A DNA stretch of 64,000 nt from Candidatus Poribacteria bacterium. GTDB taxonomy: Bacteria; Poribacteria; WGA-4E; JAJDTR01. Below, in pieces: positions 49,987-60,015 of the stretch. The stretch lies in the NCBI GenBank assembly GCA_965222225.1, contig CBDCTK010000002.1, positions 4,704,001-4,768,000 of the forward strand, given 5' to 3'. The translations under genes and the position numbers were made by a program. How positions within the stretch are numbered: the stretch's first letter is position 1; each line of letters opens with the position of its first letter. The notes under the pieces are model-generated. The model was not told the DNA's origin. It saw nothing but the letters and a program-made list of their open reading frames with translations, and ran no database searches.

Positions 49987-52479
49987 TCATTGACGCTGCT
50001 GACGTGATACATTGACGAGTCGCACGTCATCCACCCAAGCGCTGCCAGTTGTTCCCTCCTTGTGGAACCTTATCTGTGCATGTGAGGTACCTGGCGGGGC
50101 AATGCTTCCACAAGTCGCAAATTGCCAGCCGCTGGAGGAAGCTGTTTCGATTACTGACGCGGTTTCCACAATATTACCCTCGTCATCCAGGTATTCAATT
50201 GCGGCTTGTATTCGTTCAGTCGTGTTAATTTCGGTGAACTTGACATAGAACTCTAATCTACACGTTACACCGGCTGGTATGTCGACCAGAAGTGAATACT
50301 GTCTACGTTCTACTACGCGAAGCGAATAGTCTCCGCTCCGTTTCTCTTGTTTATCCGGGTGACTTATTCTAGGCCATGCTCCCTCCTCCCGCCAGTCGGC
50401 TAGGTCCCTACCGTCTCCAATTTCACATCCGGATTCCAGCAGGATCCCCCGCTCCCTAAGGTTCAAGCGTTTGCGATTCAGATCCGCTCTTTCGGCTTTG
50501 AGCGCTGCACTCAGCCGCTCTGTTCGCTGGCGGGCAAGGTCTTGCAGCTCCCTGAAACGTCTACTGAGTTCTCTGCCGACCCCGGAGTCCCCAATCACAA
50601 TCAATTCTGCTGTATTCAATTCTGGAAGATAGAGAGTTTTTGTGTTGCTGTCGCCATTAGTCGAGAGTTCAAGTTCTCCAATCCGGTTACCATCCGCGGC
50701 TAACGCTGCTTCATGATGTCCCCACGGCGGCAAATGAAGTTCAAGCCGAACATCCTTCAGTGGTGTATTTGAAAACCCTTCTACGTCAGAGGTGAAGTCA
50801 TGATTGACTAGGATAAGTATCACCGTTCCATCCGCACATAAGAGCGTCTGTTGCCACAATGTATCAGAGTTGGTTGCCGTGTCCACGCTGTGTTGCGAAA
50901 CTATATTATCACACGGATACGCACCCAAGAGCAACGGGATTAGCGTCTGAACAGTTAGATTAATCTGCCCTATCGCTTCGAGTAGCGTTGGATTCGCCTC
51001 GACACCGTGGTCTCCCGTCCCTCCCGGTTTTGAATCATCATAAGTATAGTAACATAGCCCCTTACCGCCGGAAGCCACGCAGTAATACGCCATCATCTTT
51101 TCTTCCTGAGGTGAGGGGAAGCGTGGTACGCCGATACTCTTTTCCCACGCCGCATAGATGAGTGTATTGAATGCTCCCGGCATGGCTGCCCAGCGCAAGG
51201 CGTTCACCGCATCGTAAACGGCAATGGGTTGCTTGGCGCCTTGACCCGCATAATCCCCGCTCGATGGGATATCTGCTCCTCTGGCGTGGATAAAGTAATT
51301 TGCGGGGTGCCCCCAACCGTCAAGTTGAAGCCAGCCGAGCGCCGCCGCGTCATCACTTAACTTGCCTCTCATGAACTCAATGACATCAGTCTGAGCCATG
51401 CAGCCCAGGCGTTTAGATTCAGGGAAGGATTTGAGATGAACACCCTCCCAGATGTCTATTTCGTCTCGCACGTACCAATGTTTGTCATCTGCGTCGAGTA
51501 ACATGATATCGTTGCGTCTAGCCAGCTCTCGTCCCTCTGCTGAATTTCGAATGGCGCTATCTTTGGGCCAGATGAAGATGAGATCGGTGTTGAAGTGGTA
51601 TGCCTTTAACGAGCGGTAGAAGTCATACATGCGTTCAACGGCTGTCGCCCCCTTGGAACTCCAGCCGTAGACCCCAACCGGAAAGAAGTCCTTCTTTGCC
51701 CTGACCATGTCCACAATCTCGACGCCCTGTTTTGTGATGAGCCGCAACAGATGATGTGACCCCTCTTTGAGCGGCGTGTCTAGGGCAACTGTCAGAATTC
51801 CTAAATCATGCCAGAAATCTGGTGATGCAAACCTACACTGAGCAGTGATATCAATTTCGTCGAGGTATACGCTGTCGAAAGTTAAATCCTCGGGCGTCAG
51901 CTTCCTGGCGAAGATAACCATTTGCTCGCAGTTCGCTCCAAAACCTACATATGCTATCCGAACCTTCGGTTCTTGTGGCTTAACAACTGCAGTACATAAG
52001 TTGCCTCGATTATCGGCGATTCTGACTTCAACAGGATGACTTGGAGAAAGTCTTGTCCTAATCAGGAGGAATCCCAACCCGCCAGGGGCAACCGAAGTCG
52101 GTCTAATTTTGTACCAGATTGGTTCGCCGGCATCCATCAACGTTCGTGTTGGCGCTGATGGTTTGGTTAGGTGTTCTCCATGCCAAATACTAGTCGCCTT
52201 GAGGTCGCCGTGTGTCGTTAATCTATTGACTACCGACACCTCGTCAAGGAGGATGTCCGTTACCTCCATAGGCGTTTTCCCGGTATTGCGGATGACAATT
52301 AGATAGTGGCCGCCGGGAGGCCATCTCCACTCCCTCAATTCGGGCATCGTATCCGGAATGAATTGCGCTGTCACCACGGAGATATCCTTACTCCTTCCTG
52401 GATCGTATGCATTTTTCATACCGATGTTGGCAGCTCCCAGAATGACAATCGCGGCAATCGCTACTGAAATTTGAACCAT
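49987..52479 (-). CDS. Large secreted hypothetical protein, glycoside-hydrolase-like with a C-terminal CBM-like domain
   Basis: N-terminal hydrophobic segment; FFPVGVY, WYVRDE, GGKGLCYY; C-terminal SGDYSL...AWVDDVRL. Confidence 0.62.
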   Translation of the reverse strand: MVQISVAIAAIVILGAANIGMKNAYDPGRSKDISVVTAQFIPDTMPELREWRWPPGGHYLIVIRNTGKTPMEVTDILLDEVSVVNRLTTHGDLKATSIWHGEHLTKPSAPTRTLMDAGEPIWYKIRPTSVAPGGLGFLLIRTRLSPSHPVEVRIADNRGNLCTAVVKPQEPKVRIAYVGFGANCEQMVIFARKLTPEDLTFDSVYLDEIDITAQCRFASPDFWHDLGILTVALDTPLKEGSHHLLRLITKQGVEIVDMVRAKKDFFPVGVYGWSSKGATAVERMYDFYRSLKAYHFNTDLIFIWPKDSAIRNSAEGRELARRNDIMLLDADDKHWYVRDEIDIWEGVHLKSFPESKRLGCMAQTDVIEFMRGKLSDDAAALGWLQLDGWGHPANYFIHARGADIPSSGDYAGQGAKQPIAVYDAVNALRWAAMPGAFNTLIYAAWEKSIGVPRFPSPQEEKMMAYYCVASGGKGLCYYTYDDSKPGGTGDHGVEANPTLLEAIGQINLTVQTLIPLLLGAYPCDNIVSQHSVDTATNSDTLWQQTLLCADGTVILILVNHDFTSDVEGFSNTPLKDVRLELHLPPWGHHEAALAADGNRIGELELSTNGDSNTKTLYLPELNTAELIVIGDSGVGRELSRRFRELQDLARQRTERLSAALKAERADLNRKRLNLRERGILLESGCEIGDGRDLADWREEGAWPRISHPDKQEKRSGDYSLRVVERRQYSLLVDIPAGVTCRLEFYVKFTEINTTERIQAAIEYLDDEGNIVETASVIETASSSGWQFATCGSIAPPGTSHAQIRFHKEGTTGSAWVDDVRLVNVSRQQRQ

Positions 52480-52491
52480 TTTCGCGCGTAC

Positions 52492-53409
52492 TTAGCGCTC
52501 CAAACGCCACTGAGCTTCGTCAACGTACAATGCCGTTGCGTGTTTGTTGGCATCAAATGCTTGTTCCATTTCGGAAAGATCTTCAAACCAACCGACGAGA
52601 TGTACCGCCCCAAAACTCTCACCGGCTTCCACTCGCGCGCCGCCAATCTCTTGAATCATGCACACGTAATCCCGTTGATGGCACCACGCTTCATACACTT
52701 CGGACGATTCCAGCGTCATCCCCGCCAACCAAAGTCCGGTACGTAACTGATACGCTCGGATGAACCGCTGTGGCAAATTGCCTACCCTCCTCTGATACAG
52801 GAAGCGAGCGTCGGGTGGGAAGTTCTCAAGAAAGGTCCGCGATGGGATGCAGCCGTGATAGCTCAGATAAATCTGCTCGAAAGTGTCCCCGCTATTGTGT
52901 CTGATGTGTCCCGGCATGTCGATCCGCAGCATGAGGGCGTTTACTGTGTTGACGCTGGTCACCCTGTCGTAGGCGAGGAACCAGCGAACGCCATCGGGAA
53001 AAACGAGCCACTGCTCCCAGCGAGACCCCGGTTTGTAGGGCGGGCGGGCAATCATCCAAGTAAATTCTTGCCGCACAGCGATAAAGCCGTTGCCTTCAAC
53101 GATCTCGGTAGGCAACTGCTTCGCTTGCGTGCATATTTGTGGCAACTCCACATAGCGCTTCGGAATCTGACCATGGACAAGATTGCCTCCGTGATAACGA
53201 AGCGCTGAGGGCGTCGAATCATCATCATGACCCGGTTCCAGCAAAAAATCGACAATGCACAGCCCAAACCCTTGGTCACACGCACCGGTGGATTTGTCTA
53301 CGAAACTACTCCCCTTTACACCACTGACGTAGCCCTCGGTTTGCACAGACGCATAGTAGCTATCCGTTTCAACACGCAATAATGAACCGTCTCGTTGTAC
53401 TGTTGCCAT
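52492..53409 (-). CDS. Hypothetical protein
   Basis: 305-aa ORF in operon spacing; no recognisable motif. Confidence 0.7.
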   Translation of the reverse strand: MATVQRDGSLLRVETDSYYASVQTEGYVSGVKGSSFVDKSTGACDQGFGLCIVDFLLEPGHDDDSTPSALRYHGGNLVHGQIPKRYVELPQICTQAKQLPTEIVEGNGFIAVRQEFTWMIARPPYKPGSRWEQWLVFPDGVRWFLAYDRVTSVNTVNALMLRIDMPGHIRHNSGDTFEQIYLSYHGCIPSRTFLENFPPDARFLYQRRVGNLPQRFIRAYQLRTGLWLAGMTLESSEVYEAWCHQRDYVCMIQEIGGARVEAGESFGAVHLVGWFEDLSEMEQAFDANKHATALYVDEAQWRLER

Positions 53410-53413
53410 TATC

Positions 53414-54307
53414 TCAATCCGTCACTGAATCGTCTGCCGGCAATGTTACGTTGTAATCCCGATCTTTGAGCCACCCCCAAGTCACAAATTGCTTGCTCGC
53501 GGGAGAAACCGACAACGCTGAGGGGGACCAGTCGGGGCTGTAATCGCTCTCGGCATCTCTTGTTAGCCTTTGAAGATTGCCACCATCAGCATCCATCATG
53601 TAGACGTCAAATTTTGCCTTATTTCTTCTAGATGAGAAGGCAATGCGTTTGCCGCTGGGTGACCACGACGGGCTAGAGTCAAATCCGTCACTGTTTGTTA
53701 GGTTCTGAGGATTGTCGCCATCCGCGTCCATCAAGTAGATTTCCCAGTTCCCGCGATCTCTATCAGCCCCAAAGGCAATGCGTTCAGCGCTAGGTGACCA
53801 CGATGCGCAACAGTCAAACGCGATATGTCGGGTTAACCTCTGAGGATTGCCGCCATCTGCGTCCATCACATAGATTTCATTGGTCCATCTCTTAGGTCCA
53901 TCTCTATTGGATGCGAACGCAATGTGTTCACCGTTAGGAGACCATGAAGGAGAATCATCCGTTGATGGATTCTTCGTTAAGTTTCGAAGATTCCGCCCCT
54001 TAGCATTCATCACGGAGATTTCGAAGTTCTCATCTCTATCGGACGTGAAGCCAATGCGCCCGCAATCAGGGGACCACACCGGTTTCCAATCCAGCGCCGA
54101 ATTTCTGGTTAGATTGCGAGGATCACTACCGTCCGCATTCATTACGTAAATCTCGCGGTTTCCATCTCTCATGGACGTGAACGCAATTTGCGCACGCGCC
54201 TGAACACCAGCCATGAACAGGACCATGCCCAAGATGAGAACCCTTGGTAGAATGAAATATCTCAGGTTATATCGCTGTCGCATCCTCCGTCCTCCGTTGC
54301 CGCCCAC
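53414..54307 (-). CDS. Secreted TolB-like (PD40/WD40-like) beta-propeller protein
   Basis: Repeats IAFxSxRDG..EIYVMxADG..PxWSP; tail VSPASKQFVTWGWLK. Confidence 0.9.
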   Translation of the reverse strand: MGGNGGRRMRQRYNLRYFILPRVLILGMVLFMAGVQARAQIAFTSMRDGNREIYVMNADGSDPRNLTRNSALDWKPVWSPDCGRIGFTSDRDENFEISVMNAKGRNLRNLTKNPSTDDSPSWSPNGEHIAFASNRDGPKRWTNEIYVMDADGGNPQRLTRHIAFDCCASWSPSAERIAFGADRDRGNWEIYLMDADGDNPQNLTNSDGFDSSPSWSPSGKRIAFSSRRNKAKFDVYMMDADGGNLQRLTRDAESDYSPDWSPSALSVSPASKQFVTWGWLKDRDYNVTLPADDSVTD

Positions 54308-54343
54308 AAGCCGCGGCCTTCTCTTTGGACTATTGCGATTGTC

Positions 54344-55348
54344 TCAGTCCTTTGTTGCCGGATTGGCTATAGCTGGTAGCACATCATGGTCTTCACTCTT
54401 GAGCCACCCCCACGTCGTAAATTGCTTACTTGCGGTAGAAACCGCTAGAGCTGCGCGGGACCAGTCCGGGCCGTCGTCGCTCTCGGCATGTCTAGTGAGA
54501 TTTCTAACATTGCCGCCATCAAGATCCATCACGTAGACTTCATGATTCCAATTCCTAGTTGATCCGAAGGCGATTCGATTACCTCTTGGTGACCATGAGG
54601 GCGCCCAGTCCAGCGCAAAATCCCTTGTTAGGTTTCGCTGATTATTACCGTCAGCACGCATCATGTATATTTCTGAGTTCCCATCTCTACGGGACGTGAA
54701 CGCAATGTGTTCTCCATTCGGCGACCATGAGGGGGTCCAGTCTCCCGAACGATTTTGTGTCAATCTTCGCACGTCCGAACCATCAGATCTCATCACGTAA
54801 ATTTCACCCCTGGGCGCGTCTCTATCGGACACGAATACAATGTGTTCACCGCTAGGGGACCATGAGGGACTCCAATCATCCGCTCGATTCTTCGTTAGGT
54901 TTCGCTGATTCCGACCATCAACATCCATTACGTAGATTTCATCGTTCCCGAGTCGCGCAGTATTAGACGCAATGTGCTCGCCGATAGGGGACCATGAAGG
55001 AGACCCGTCACTCCAAGGATGTATCGTTAACCTTTGAGGGTTTCCACCGTCGGCGTCCATCACGTAAATCTCATTGTTCTTATCTCTATTGGACATGAAA
55101 GCAATGCGCTCACCATTAGGCGACCATGAGGGCGTCCAATCGTCTGCGGGATGTTTTGTTAAATTGCGAAGATTCCGGCCGTCGGTGTCCATTACGTAAA
55201 TCTCTTTATTCCCATCCCTTTCAGACGTAAAGGTAATCTGCGCGTGCGCCTGAAAACTTGGCACGGTCGAAATCAGGCCGAATATAAGAACCCTACTTAG
55301 AATGAAATATGCGATACTATGCCCAGTTTGCATCTTTGATTTCCTCAT
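54344..55348 (-). CDS. Secreted TolB-like beta-propeller protein
   Basis: Six PD40-type repeats; tail AVSTASKQFTTWGWLK. Confidence 0.9.
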   Translation of the reverse strand: MRKSKMQTGHSIAYFILSRVLIFGLISTVPSFQAHAQITFTSERDGNKEIYVMDTDGRNLRNLTKHPADDWTPSWSPNGERIAFMSNRDKNNEIYVMDADGGNPQRLTIHPWSDGSPSWSPIGEHIASNTARLGNDEIYVMDVDGRNQRNLTKNRADDWSPSWSPSGEHIVFVSDRDAPRGEIYVMRSDGSDVRRLTQNRSGDWTPSWSPNGEHIAFTSRRDGNSEIYMMRADGNNQRNLTRDFALDWAPSWSPRGNRIAFGSTRNWNHEVYVMDLDGGNVRNLTRHAESDDGPDWSRAALAVSTASKQFTTWGWLKSEDHDVLPAIANPATKD

Positions 55349-55388
55349 CTTTACCCTAATAATCTTTCAGCGCCAAAAAACCCGCGAC

Positions 55389-56966
55389 CTACCGCGTGAG
55401 TTGCCTTAGCATCCGCTGAGCGGCCCGGTTGTTCGGGTCTAATTGCAGGACTGTCTGAAATTCAGCGATGGCGGCGGCGCGATTTCCGAGCTTGAGGTAA
55501 ACAGTTCCCAATGCGCCGTGCGCGAACGGGTCATCCGGCTGAATCTCCAAAACACGTTTGAACTTTGCCTGCGCTTCGGGATACATGCGCTTGCCCATGT
55601 AGATGACCCCAAGTTGATGAAGCGCTCTCTTATCGTCGGGATTGAGGCGGAGGATGTAGTCGTACACCTCGGCGGCGCTGCTGTACAATTTCCCCTGCCA
55701 ATAGACCGTCGCCAAGCTGTGTTGCAATTTGATGTCATCAGGTGCTAACTGAATCGCTTTCTCGCACCGCGCAATGCCTTCACGAATCCTCCCTGTCTGT
55801 GCATAAAGCACGCCAAGCCCCGAATATGCGTTCGCCAAATCGGGTTTCAGTTCAATGGCTCGCTTGTATGCGGCAATTGCCTTAACTCTTTGTCCCGTTC
55901 GCTGATAAACGTAGCCTAGATTGTAATTGCTGTGGATCTCCAAGAATGCTATCTCTTTTGGCGTTTTTGGCGACATGCCTCCCTCCAGGTCGTTTTCGTC
56001 AATGATTAACAGTGCGTGTTCGAGTGCTTTCCGAGCCTTGCTGTATCGGTTGGTGCGGAGCAGCACGATGCCGTAATTGAACCAGATTTCGGCATCCTTT
56101 GGTTTGCTTGAAGCAGCTATGGCAAGTTCGGTTGCGGCAGTCGCAAAATCCCCAATCTCCATATATCGGGTGCCGCGCTCGGCATACCGTTTCGCCGTCA
56201 CGCCAACCTTCACCACCTCCCACCAGAGTGGGTCATCCATTTCAGTGTGCTTTGAGGTTTTGCGTGCCGCTTGGGCGTGACGATTGGATGCTTCCCTATT
56301 TCCCAATGCCAAAGCCACTTGTGCCATGGCGGCGTGGGCTTCGCTCTGAGCTGGATTTAACTTTAACGCCCGCTTTAGGTGTATCTGAGCAACTTTGAAT
56401 TGCTTGGAAGCAAGGGAAAGTTCACCGAGCGCTAATTCTGCGAACGGATTTTCTGGGTCTAATTCAATAACATTCGCGAGCTGCTGCCGGGCTTCTTCGA
56501 AACGTCCTAAACGTCTAAGTGCGTGGGCGTGGTTCACATAAACGGCAGGGTAATCAGAATCAAGCGCTATCGCCTTCGTAAAGGCATCTACGGCGGTCTG
56601 AGCGTCGGTCTTGTAAGTACTCAAGCCGAGATAGTAGAACCAGCGGAATTCGGTGGGATTAATGTTGACGGCGCGTTGGTAGCATCGTGCAGCTTCAGTT
56701 TCCCAACCGTGCACGAGATAGACATTTCCCAAATCGCCCCAGGTTTCGGCTCTATCCGGCGCATCCGCCACCGCTTTTTGGGCAGACTCGGCGGCTTGTA
56801 GAAGTCGGGGCTCCGATACCAAGGCTAGGTCAACGGGTTGGGGAATCCATTCGGGGAGTGCCGCAGGTTTGGACTGTCGATTGGTAGCAAAGGAATAATC
56901 CTGAATTGTGCCTGTGAGGATGAGAGTTACAATGACTAGGAGTGGTATCCGGTATACTCTGCTCAT
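55389..56966 (-). CDS. Secreted tetratricopeptide repeat protein
   Basis: Signal peptide and many TPRs (AIAAYKRAIELKPD, LQLDPNN). Confidence 0.9.
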   Translation of the reverse strand: MSRVYRIPLLVIVTLILTGTIQDYSFATNRQSKPAALPEWIPQPVDLALVSEPRLLQAAESAQKAVADAPDRAETWGDLGNVYLVHGWETEAARCYQRAVNINPTEFRWFYYLGLSTYKTDAQTAVDAFTKAIALDSDYPAVYVNHAHALRRLGRFEEARQQLANVIELDPENPFAELALGELSLASKQFKVAQIHLKRALKLNPAQSEAHAAMAQVALALGNREASNRHAQAARKTSKHTEMDDPLWWEVVKVGVTAKRYAERGTRYMEIGDFATAATELAIAASSKPKDAEIWFNYGIVLLRTNRYSKARKALEHALLIIDENDLEGGMSPKTPKEIAFLEIHSNYNLGYVYQRTGQRVKAIAAYKRAIELKPDLANAYSGLGVLYAQTGRIREGIARCEKAIQLAPDDIKLQHSLATVYWQGKLYSSAAEVYDYILRLNPDDKRALHQLGVIYMGKRMYPEAQAKFKRVLEIQPDDPFAHGALGTVYLKLGNRAAAIAEFQTVLQLDPNNRAAQRMLRQLTR

Positions 56967-57117
56967 CGGGAGGGCTCACATCGGACAGCCTAGAGGAGGT
57001 TCGACGATTAGGAACACTTGACACCCGATTCAGTGCGCCACGGTATTCCGAAACGGGTACTCATACCATTTCTCTATATTTACAGTGCATTAATAGCGTC
57101 AATCAAGTCTCTCCGAA

Positions 57118-57172
57118 GCGGGGCAAGAAATCTCTATCGCACTCGCTGTCCACTCGCTTGATTCCCGCCTAC
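57118..57172. repeat. REP interrupted by the 35-bp element (57128-57162)
   Basis: GCGGGGCAAG [aaatctctatcgcactcgctgtccactcgcttgat] TCCCGC-CTAC. Confidence 0.85.
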
Positions 57173-57282
57173 GGGGTTTGGTGTGCAGGATAATGGTTGG
57201 TATCGATCTTTTCACAATAGTATAATTTTGGACATCAAATGCCACATTATTCAATCGAAATGGTATCACAGGGGAGACGCCC

Positions 57283-58314
57283 CTACATTCCTTGTTTAAT
57301 CCGCCCCCAGAATGTCACGACTTTACCAGTCAGTGCAACAGAAAGCGCATAGGCGGGATCGAACCAGTCAAAGTCACCGTGCGGATGTCCGCCGAACGTA
57401 ATTTGTTTCAATTCCGCCTTGGCTCTGGTTATGTCCGCAACGAACACTTCGTATTCCTTGCAATCGTCGCCGCAATTTCTGTTGGCTTGGAAAACAACGA
57501 ACTTTCCGTCGGGTGACACGGCAGCATCGCGATCATTGCCGTCTTTGGGGATAATCTGCTTGCGGTTCTTACCGTCCGCGTCCATAATCCAGACACGATT
57601 GCTATTTACACTGCTGAAGACAATCTTCTTACCATCGGCCGTCCATGACGGGAGGGAGTCGCGCGCATTAGCCAGTCTTAGTCCTTCTGGTCCGTCGATG
57701 TCCTTCTCTGTTAGGTTTCTTGGGCGGTTGCCACTCGCCTGCATCACGAAAATGTCATCATTCCCGCCCCTGTTGGAGGTAAAAGCGATACTAGCTCCAT
57801 CGGGTGACCACGCCGGGTATTGGTCGCGGGAGTTGGGTTTGTTTGTTAGGTTGCGATTATCTTTGCCGTTGGCACTCACGATCAAGATATCATAGTGCCC
57901 GGTGTCCTTCGATTGATAGGCGATGCTGTCCCCGTCAGGAGACCAGTCAGGCTCACGGTCATGCGCGTCGGGACTGTTTGTTAGGTTGATTTGATTGTTT
58001 CCATTCGCGTCCATGACAAAGATGTCATAATTTCCGCCCCTATTCGAGTGAAAGGCAATTTTCTTCCCGCGAGGCCCCCATGACGGTCCCGCATCTATCG
58101 CAGGATTGATTGTCAACCGTAGAGGATTGTTGCCATCAACATCCATCACGTAGATTTCGAAATTCCCATCCCTATTGGAATAGAAGGCAATCTGTTGCTT
58201 CTTCGGGGCTTCTGCTTGAACGCCACTTGCAAGCAGCAATGTGCCCACTGCAGACGTTATACTTAGGATAAGCACCTGGGAGAGATTTGAAAGCGCGCGG
58301 TGTCCGAAGATCAT
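57283..58314 (-). CDS. Secreted TolB-like beta-propeller protein
   Basis: PD40-type repeats; tail SVALTGKVVTFWGRIK. Confidence 0.9.
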   Translation of the reverse strand: MIFGHRALSNLSQVLILSITSAVGTLLLASGVQAEAPKKQQIAFYSNRDGNFEIYVMDVDGNNPLRLTINPAIDAGPSWGPRGKKIAFHSNRGGNYDIFVMDANGNNQINLTNSPDAHDREPDWSPDGDSIAYQSKDTGHYDILIVSANGKDNRNLTNKPNSRDQYPAWSPDGASIAFTSNRGGNDDIFVMQASGNRPRNLTEKDIDGPEGLRLANARDSLPSWTADGKKIVFSSVNSNRVWIMDADGKNRKQIIPKDGNDRDAAVSPDGKFVVFQANRNCGDDCKEYEVFVADITRAKAELKQITFGGHPHGDFDWFDPAYALSVALTGKVVTFWGRIKQGM

Positions 58315-58416
58315 CTGTTCTCCATTTCAATCACAGAGACTCCGATTGAAGGCATGTGCGCGCGGGGTGAGAAAAACCGGTATAGAACTTTAGAGGCTTG
58401 GCACGCGATGATCCCC

Positions 58417-59604
58417 CTAGAGGTCCCAGCGCTCATTGATGGGCTTTTGGTAAGCATCAATCTCGCCATTAACGACATCGTCATAGTTGACCGCCTGACC
58501 GCAGACGTTAGATTCGTAGATGGCTTCGCAAATCGCCTTTGCGCGAAGCCCGAGTTCGCCATCCACTTCGACGGGACGATTGTTCTCAATGGCATCGACA
58601 AAATCGTAGCACTCAAGCAACACGCCGTCTGTGATGCCGTGCGGGAAGAGGCTATCTCGCTCAGCCTCGGTCAAACCCGCCATGTATTCTTTGACCAGGT
58701 CTTCCATGGAATGCCGCGTCCCGTTCTTAAGTATGACCTCGGCGCCGTCATGAGGTCCGTGGAAGATGTCGCCACTATCCACCAAACAACCTTCGGTGCC
58801 GTAATACACAATGTGGGTAAAGTCGTGAGCGGGGGCTGCCCTGCTCCATGTCCAAAGCCCCGTTGTGCCGGACTTGAAATTTATGGTTGCAACCCACGTG
58901 TCCTCGTTATCATCGCTCACTATCTCCCCCGCTTTTGTAATCTTGTGCTCTGCCACTTGGCGAACGCGGGCATAAACAGTGTCGGGATCGCCGAACAGAT
59001 AACGAAGAGTGTCGCAATAATGCGCGCCGGAATCCATCACCATGCCGCCTCCTCCCAACATCAGATCGAGGCGCCAATGCCAGGGGCTCTGCGGGGCGGC
59101 AATTTGGTGGCTTGCGTGCTGGGAGAAGAACATGGTGATGTCGCCGAGCATCTTTTTGTCGTTTATTAGCCACCAAGCTGTTCGACGACTTGGCGCGCGA
59201 CGAATATTTTCCGCGGTTGCGGCGATCCTCCCGTTTGCATTTGCTGCTTCAATAATCGCGCGCGTGGCTTTAATCGTGATGCCAATGGGCTTTTCTACAA
59301 TGACATTGACTCCGGCGTTTAGGCACTTAATGGCGTTGATGTGATGATAGCAGTGTGGCGTGCAAATATCCGCACCGTCAAGATCTTCTGCGCCAAGCAT
59401 GGCATCCGTGTCCTCATACACCACTGGCATTCTGCCGGTGGCGTCCTTTACGCGACTGGCAAAATTTTCTGCGTTTCCCCGCACCGGATCGCACATCGCG
59501 ACGAGCTCCACCTTGCCCGGCACAACTTCTTGGATTCCGAGATAGGCATTCAGGTGTCCGCGAGCCATGCCGCCGCATCCGATAATCGCAACACGAATTG
59601 CCAT
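58417..59604 (-). CDS. Gfo/Idh/MocA-family oxidoreductase; start ATG 59604
   Basis: IIGCGGMA, ICTPH, VEKP, MDSGAH. Confidence 0.92.
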   Translation of the reverse strand: MAIRVAIIGCGGMARGHLNAYLGIQEVVPGKVELVAMCDPVRGNAENFASRVKDATGRMPVVYEDTDAMLGAEDLDGADICTPHCYHHINAIKCLNAGVNVIVEKPIGITIKATRAIIEAANANGRIAATAENIRRAPSRRTAWWLINDKKMLGDITMFFSQHASHQIAAPQSPWHWRLDLMLGGGGMVMDSGAHYCDTLRYLFGDPDTVYARVRQVAEHKITKAGEIVSDDNEDTWVATINFKSGTTGLWTWSRAAPAHDFTHIVYYGTEGCLVDSGDIFHGPHDGAEVILKNGTRHSMEDLVKEYMAGLTEAERDSLFPHGITDGVLLECYDFVDAIENNRPVEVDGELGLRAKAICEAIYESNVCGQAVNYDDVVNGEIDAYQKPINERWDL

Positions 59605-59860
59605 AAATGGACTTCCTTTCACTTACTCGGTTCCGCTGTCTCTTTTCTTCCACAAGTCACAAGTGTTGAATAATGTCAACAACCAGCATCAAAATGGGAT
59701 TTCTTAATCGCACCGTCAGTTACGGTACAGTTTGAGTGGACGTACAACGGCCATCCTTTAACCGTTTAATTCACTTAAATAACCCAAGTTGCCACTTACA
59801 AGATTTTAGACATGCACCGCCGTTTTTAATTGAGAACAGTTCATTAATTGCGGAGATTTC

Positions 59861-59950
59861 GTAGCGCAAGGGATCTCTATCGCGCCCGTTATCCACTCGC
59901 TTGATCTGTCAGTTTGCGCATCACAAACACAATCTAATAGACTGTGCTAC
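59861..59950. repeat. Inverted REP pair; the first REP is interrupted by the 35-bp element (59871-59905)
   Basis: GTAG-CGCAAG [ggatctctatcgcgcccgttatccactcgcttgat] CTGTCAGTTTGCGC ... CACAATCTA-a-TAGACTGTG-CTAC. Confidence 0.88.
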
Positions 59951-60015
59951 AAAGGTGGCAACTTGGGTTAAATATATCCCCTCCACATTTTGTCGCACAT
60001 GCGGTAGACCGCTAT

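Noticed and set aside
53414-58314. DNA repeats suggesting a DGR or tandem array
   Set aside because: Explained by PD40 propeller repeats; no reverse transcriptase and no adenine-specific TR/VR pair seen.
58300-59169. 289-aa plus-strand ORF
   Set aside because: Antisense to the Gfo/Idh/MocA gene; no recognisable features.
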